Origin: Acidobacteriota bacterium
Lineage (GTDB): Bacteria > Acidobacteriota > UBA890 > WLXD01
Direction: 5' to 3'
NCBI GenBank assembly: GCA_965205505.1
Contig: CBDBHB010000006.1
Coordinates: 160,001 to 224,000 of the forward strand
DNA length: 64,000 nucleotides
Each line of letters starts with the position of its first letter. Within the stretch, counting starts at the first letter, position 1. Shown piece after piece: positions 59,976-64,000 of the stretch. Below the pieces are notes generated by a model. That model saw only the letters and a program-made list of their open reading frames with translations, was not told where the DNA came from and searched no databases. The position numbers and the translations under genes were made by a program.

Positions 59976-61127
59976 TCAGCGGATGCCGGTCTCTCGCTGG
60001 ACCGCCGCGCTAACGCGCTCGGCGTCCTCGAGGCGACCCAGCGCCCGATAGGCTCGCGCCAGGAGGTAACGCGGCTCCGCGTAGTCGTGCTTGAGTACAA
60101 TAGCGCGCTCGAACGACACGATAGACCCCGCGACGTCGCCTGACTGATACCTCGCCAGGCCCAGGTGATAGTGCACATACGGGTTGTTGCGTTGGACCTT
60201 GATGGCGCGCTCGTACCACTGCGTCGCAAGTTCGAACTCACCACGCCGCAGGTACAGGTTGCCCAGGTTGTGGCTTGCGGCCGCGATCGTATCGTCGGAC
60301 GCGAGCGCAGCCATGTACGCGCCCTCGGCTTGCGGATCGTCGCCGAGTCGGCTCAAGGCAACACCGCGGTTGTTCTCGGCACGTGCGAACCCGGGCATCA
60401 CCTGAACCGACATCTCAAAATCGCGCAGTGCCTGCGCCCAGGGAACCTCGTGGTCGGCTGTTTGGGCGACGCTAATCGTCTCGTAGCCACGGTTGTTGTA
60501 GAAGTGCGCCAGAGCTTCGAGATCGTCGATCACCCGGAAGGTGCGGTGGTTCGAGATCTCGCCGGTAAAATCGACCAGGGACCAGCCGCGATCAGTGTGC
60601 ACCGTGGCGGCGATGTGTCCGGTGTCGACGATCAGCTCGTCTTCCCGCAGCAAGGCATTGACGCGATCGGAGGCGTCAACATAATAGGCTGTGAGGCCGA
60701 CGGCGCGTGCGAGCCCCACGTACAGGGACGTCATCGACAGGCAGTTGCCGTGACCGTTGGCGAAGGTCTCCGGCGCCACCGTCGTGGTCACCCGTTCGTA
60801 GGTCAGGCCGAACTGGGCTCGATTGGTAATCGCCCGTACCAGCGCGTCGGCACGCAGGGAGGCGCTCGTCGTCCCCTCGACGTACTTCCTGGCTCGGGCG
60901 ACCATCTCCGGCGTCGGTTGGAAGGGCACGAGAATGTCATGTATCCGGTCGCTGCCGACGCGCGATGCAACCGCCCCCTTAAGCTCGTGCGGGGCGTAGG
61001 CAAAACGTCTGCTGTTGCCGCAGCCGGCCAGCAACAGCATCGCCACGACCGCGCCAACCGCGAAAGTTGCGCGGCGCACTGAGAGCAGTCGTCCGGCGAC
61101 GCGTAGGGCCATACGCCTGTCGAGCAT
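59976..61127 (-). CDS. Lipoprotein with a transglutaminase-like domain and TPRs
   Basis: LLAGC lipobox; GNCLS, GH and VDF (Cys-His-Asp); TPRs. Confidence 0.75.
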   Translation of the reverse strand: MLDRRMALRVAGRLLSVRRATFAVGAVVAMLLLAGCGNSRRFAYAPHELKGAVASRVGSDRIHDILVPFQPTPEMVARARKYVEGTTSASLRADALVRAITNRAQFGLTYERVTTTVAPETFANGHGNCLSMTSLYVGLARAVGLTAYYVDASDRVNALLREDELIVDTGHIAATVHTDRGWSLVDFTGEISNHRTFRVIDDLEALAHFYNNRGYETISVAQTADHEVPWAQALRDFEMSVQVMPGFARAENNRGVALSRLGDDPQAEGAYMAALASDDTIAAASHNLGNLYLRRGEFELATQWYERAIKVQRNNPYVHYHLGLARYQSGDVAGSIVSFERAIVLKHDYAEPRYLLARAYRALGRLEDAERVSAAVQRETGIR

Positions 61128-61216
61128 CGAAAGACTCTCCGGGGCTGCGCCACCACAGCGGCTTATGAGTAAGAGTACCGTGCCGAGGCCTCTCGGCGCC
61201 ACGGCGACGGGTTGTC

Positions 61217-61248
61217 GGTAGTGGCTCAGTTCAAACTGAGCCACTACC
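61217..61248. mobile_element. 32-bp IS scar: two abutting terminal inverted repeats with an 8-bp target duplication
   Basis: GGTAGTGGCTCAGTT-CA-AACTGAGCCACTACC flanked by GGGTTGTC at 61209-61216 and 61249-61256. Confidence 0.8.
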
Positions 61249-61330
61249 GGGTTGTCTCCAAGGTCCGGGGTACCTCGGATCCACGAAGAACCCAGACATG
61301 ATCCCATAGCCGGAGGGCGACATGACGGGG

Positions 61331-63316
61331 CTACTGGGATTCGCCGTCTTCGTTGGCCGGCTCGAGGTGGAACGGCGTCTGGACGATCCTCTCGACACCG
61401 CTCACCAGGTCCCTGACGATCACTTCGATTCGATAGTCGCGACCCGGCTCCAGGCGATTCACCTGGGCGAGCGGAATCTGCTGGCCGAGAACGTGGAAGT
61501 CGAGCACCTGAGGCGGGATTGTCGCCAGCGATCGGGTTCCTTCGAGGCCAGCAAGAAGGCGATACTGCACCTCGAGTCTCGGCTTGCCGGGCGCTCCCGG
61601 ATCGGAGCTCCACCCACTCGCCAGCAGAATCACGTCGACGATGTCGTCGCGACCGAAGTTACGGTCCAGGTCATCCTGCACCACCATACGGCCCAACCGC
61701 AATCCTTGGTAGATCGTGCGGGGGTCAATGGCCGTCTCGTCGGAGATGTGCGGAGGCCGCGCCATCAAGGGACGCGTGAGCGTCAGCTCGTCGACATCGA
61801 AGCTAGGCACCGTGAAACTCTCGTCGCGCGTCACGGCGTTGCCGCTGGTCTCGTCAAGAATTCCCCATGCCAGCCGGTATTCGCCGGGATAGAGGCTCAC
61901 ACCCAGCGACAGTGTCGGACTCTCCCGGTCGTCGCCCTCGGATTCGCCCAGACGATAAGGGATGACGAACCGGTGAATCGTGTCCTCGTTCCCGGGCTCT
62001 CCTTGGAGCACGGCGCCAAACAGCTTCAGGTGGGCATTGGGTTCTTTTGGCTCATCGGCATCCTCATCGTCAACGTCCTGATCATCAGCATCGTCTTCAT
62101 CGGCGACGTCTTGTTCATCGCCCGATTCATCGGGCTCAGCTTCCGAGACGAGCTCGTCCGCAATTGCGTCGGTCAGGAGATCGTCGCCCGTTTCCGAATC
62201 TACAGCTTCGTCGGTCGGTGTCTCGTTGTCGCTCCCGTCCGTCTCTTCCGCGTCGGCCTGGCCGTTCGCGTCGGTTTCGTCGTCCGGCTCGGTCCCGTCG
62301 TCCGCGTCAGCCTCGTCGTCCGGCTCGATCTCGTCGCTCGCGTCGGTCTCGTCATCCGGCTCGGTCTCGTCGGTCTCGTCTTCCTCTGGAATGACGAATG
62401 CCATCGATTCCTTTCCGATCTTGAACGACAGCACCGTATAGGTAGCATCCGAAGCTGGGAAGTAGTGGAAGCGATGCCGCAGTTTGAGCTCGTCGCGACT
62501 GATGCCACTGAAGACGAGCTGCATCCACACCTGCACTTCGGGCGAGACTCTGACCGGGGGAGGGCCGTCATCTTCGTCGTCGCTTTCCGCGGCGCCGTCG
62601 CCTTCCGTAGCGCCCTCGCCCTCTGCGGCGCCGTCGATCGCGGCAGACAGCTCATCATCCGTCTCTTCGCCGGCGTCATCTGGAAGATCATCGTCCTCGT
62701 CGGATTCCGCGTCGGGGTCGGCAATCGCCTCGTCGTACCCTCCCACGGACCGAGCCAGCTGCATGCGCAGCTCCGACTCAAGGCTGGCCAAAAACATCCG
62801 ATTATCGAGATCGACCACGGAAGACAGCAGGTACCCGTCGTCGACACGCTCGAACCCAACAACGCCGTCCTTCAGCAAAATGCCGTCGTTCAGCGGCTCC
62901 CGGTCGTACAACCACATGAGCTGCGGCTCGCCCTCGGTCGGCAGAGCGCGCATCTCCTGGGAATCCGGTAGCCCGAACACGATCATGACTCGCCCGCGGT
63001 CGGTGCTGTAGCCAGGGACGGCGCCCTCGGCGAACAGACGAGCGGCGCGCTCGGCGCGGCGCTCGAATATGCGCCGTACCTCGTTGGCTTCGGTGCCGGG
63101 GGTCGGGTCGCGTTCTTCCCAGAACACATTTGCGAACTCTTGCCGCTCAGCGTCGGTACGAAGGCCGGCCCAGGCAAGCAGCTCAGACTCCGACATCAGC
63201 ACCCCGATGAGATCATCGTAGGTTGCGAGCGGCGCGATCCGCTCCTGTGCGGCGGCGTGTGTAACAATCAGCAGCACTGCCAGGAGCGCGATCCAGAGAT
63301 ACTGCGGCCTGCTCAT
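61331..63316 (-). CDS. GWxTD-domain protein with acidic low-complexity inserts
   Basis: FW..RDPTPGT..NE and G(Y)STDRGRV.I.FG.PD. Confidence 0.85.
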   Translation of the reverse strand: MSRPQYLWIALLAVLLIVTHAAAQERIAPLATYDDLIGVLMSESELLAWAGLRTDAERQEFANVFWEERDPTPGTEANEVRRIFERRAERAARLFAEGAVPGYSTDRGRVMIVFGLPDSQEMRALPTEGEPQLMWLYDREPLNDGILLKDGVVGFERVDDGYLLSSVVDLDNRMFLASLESELRMQLARSVGGYDEAIADPDAESDEDDDLPDDAGEETDDELSAAIDGAAEGEGATEGDGAAESDDEDDGPPPVRVSPEVQVWMQLVFSGISRDELKLRHRFHYFPASDATYTVLSFKIGKESMAFVIPEEDETDETEPDDETDASDEIEPDDEADADDGTEPDDETDANGQADAEETDGSDNETPTDEAVDSETGDDLLTDAIADELVSEAEPDESGDEQDVADEDDADDQDVDDEDADEPKEPNAHLKLFGAVLQGEPGNEDTIHRFVIPYRLGESEGDDRESPTLSLGVSLYPGEYRLAWGILDETSGNAVTRDESFTVPSFDVDELTLTRPLMARPPHISDETAIDPRTIYQGLRLGRMVVQDDLDRNFGRDDIVDVILLASGWSSDPGAPGKPRLEVQYRLLAGLEGTRSLATIPPQVLDFHVLGQQIPLAQVNRLEPGRDYRIEVIVRDLVSGVERIVQTPFHLEPANEDGESQ

Positions 63317-63603
63317 CGGCTCGGGGGGGCTTCGGAAGGGCGATAAGATCACACCGAGCTGCGCCTCGGCGCGGCAGACCCCGAGTATAGTCCATACCCC
63401 TCGACCCGTAGACGGTTGCTGGCCGCGCCGGTTTCTAACAATGGCAAGAGCTTCCCTTCACGTGCTCCAGAATGGCGCTCTGCAGATGCGGCGAGAGCCG
63501 CAAAGCGCAGGCCGGCATAGGGTGGAGATGGCGAACCTGGATAACGACGGCGAGATCGCGCAGCCCCCAACGGACGACCCTTGTTTCGCGCCCTGAGTCG
63601 GCC

Positions 63604-64000
63604 ATGAGGCTTTCGGCGAGCACGCTTGTGGCGCTGATCGCGCTGGGCTCACCTCTAGGCGGAACTGGCATCCAGTTGCCGCTGCCGGTGGTGTTTTCCG
63701 ACGCTACGGCGGAGGTCGAGCTGCGCTTTCGCCACCACAACGGCGGGTTCGGTGAGCGCTACATGGTCGAGACCATGGGCTCAGGGCTGGCAGCGGCCGA
63801 TCTCGATGCCGATGGCTGGCTTGACGTGTACCTTGCGCAGGGCGCGCTTACCCCGGGCGGAGAATCGCCGCCGGTGGGTGGCAACATGCTGCTGAGGGGC
63901 CACCCGTCCGGCCGGTTCATCACTACGCCCCCGTCGACCGGCGTCGAAAGCGAGGCCTGGTCACTGGGCGTGGCTGCGGCCGACTACGACGACGATGGAT
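63604..64000 (+). CDS. CRTAC1/ASPIC-UnbV FG-GAP repeat protein (truncated by window end)
   Basis: Hand translation FSDAT..L.F.H..ETMGSG.AAADLDADGWLDVY and ADYDDDG. Confidence 0.8.
   Translation, partial: MRLSASTLVALIALGSPLGGTGIQLPLPVVFSDATAEVELRFRHHNGGFGERYMVETMGSGLAAADLDADGWLDVYLAQGALTPGGESPPVGGNMLLRGHPSGRFITTPPSTGVESEAWSLGVAAADYDDDG

Noticed and set aside
61322-62971. 549-aa plus-strand ORF and other long overlapping ORFs
   Set aside because: These are antisense or alternate-frame shadows of well-supported genes in GC-rich DNA.
1-64000. CRISPR array, tRNA (including selC) or rRNA
   Set aside because: No regularly spaced direct repeats or recognisable RNA gene was seen by eye.

Overview
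GC-rich bacterial window, most likely Acidobacteriota (inferred from an ADOP-type duplicated ABC permease with PadR, a GWxTD protein, an acidobacterial-type VWA protein and a CRTAC1/ASPIC-UnbV protein). The first ~30 kb is accessory and partly decaying: exported hydrolases, a TetR redox/detox regulon and a PadR-HAAS-permease module. At least seven genes there are disrupted, one by an intragenic micro-inversion, and three 131-bp inverted-repeat elements punctuate the region. The remainder is intact core: selA, an 11-subunit nuo operon lacking nuoEFG, and F0 atp genes interrupted by a repeat-flanked ATP-grasp gene, followed by five GT4 glycosyltransferases, TonB/ExbBD and TPR/VWA/GWxTD genes. 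The strongest signal is an intact IS110/IS1111-type element whose downstream non-coding region has a bridge/seek-RNA-like fold. Its putative guides match the reconstructed insertion site CCTGCTAGTGGCCT, which is the CTAG-centred terminus of resident miniature repeats, and an identical unoccupied site lies at 47948-47961. All calls were made by eye; no searches were run.
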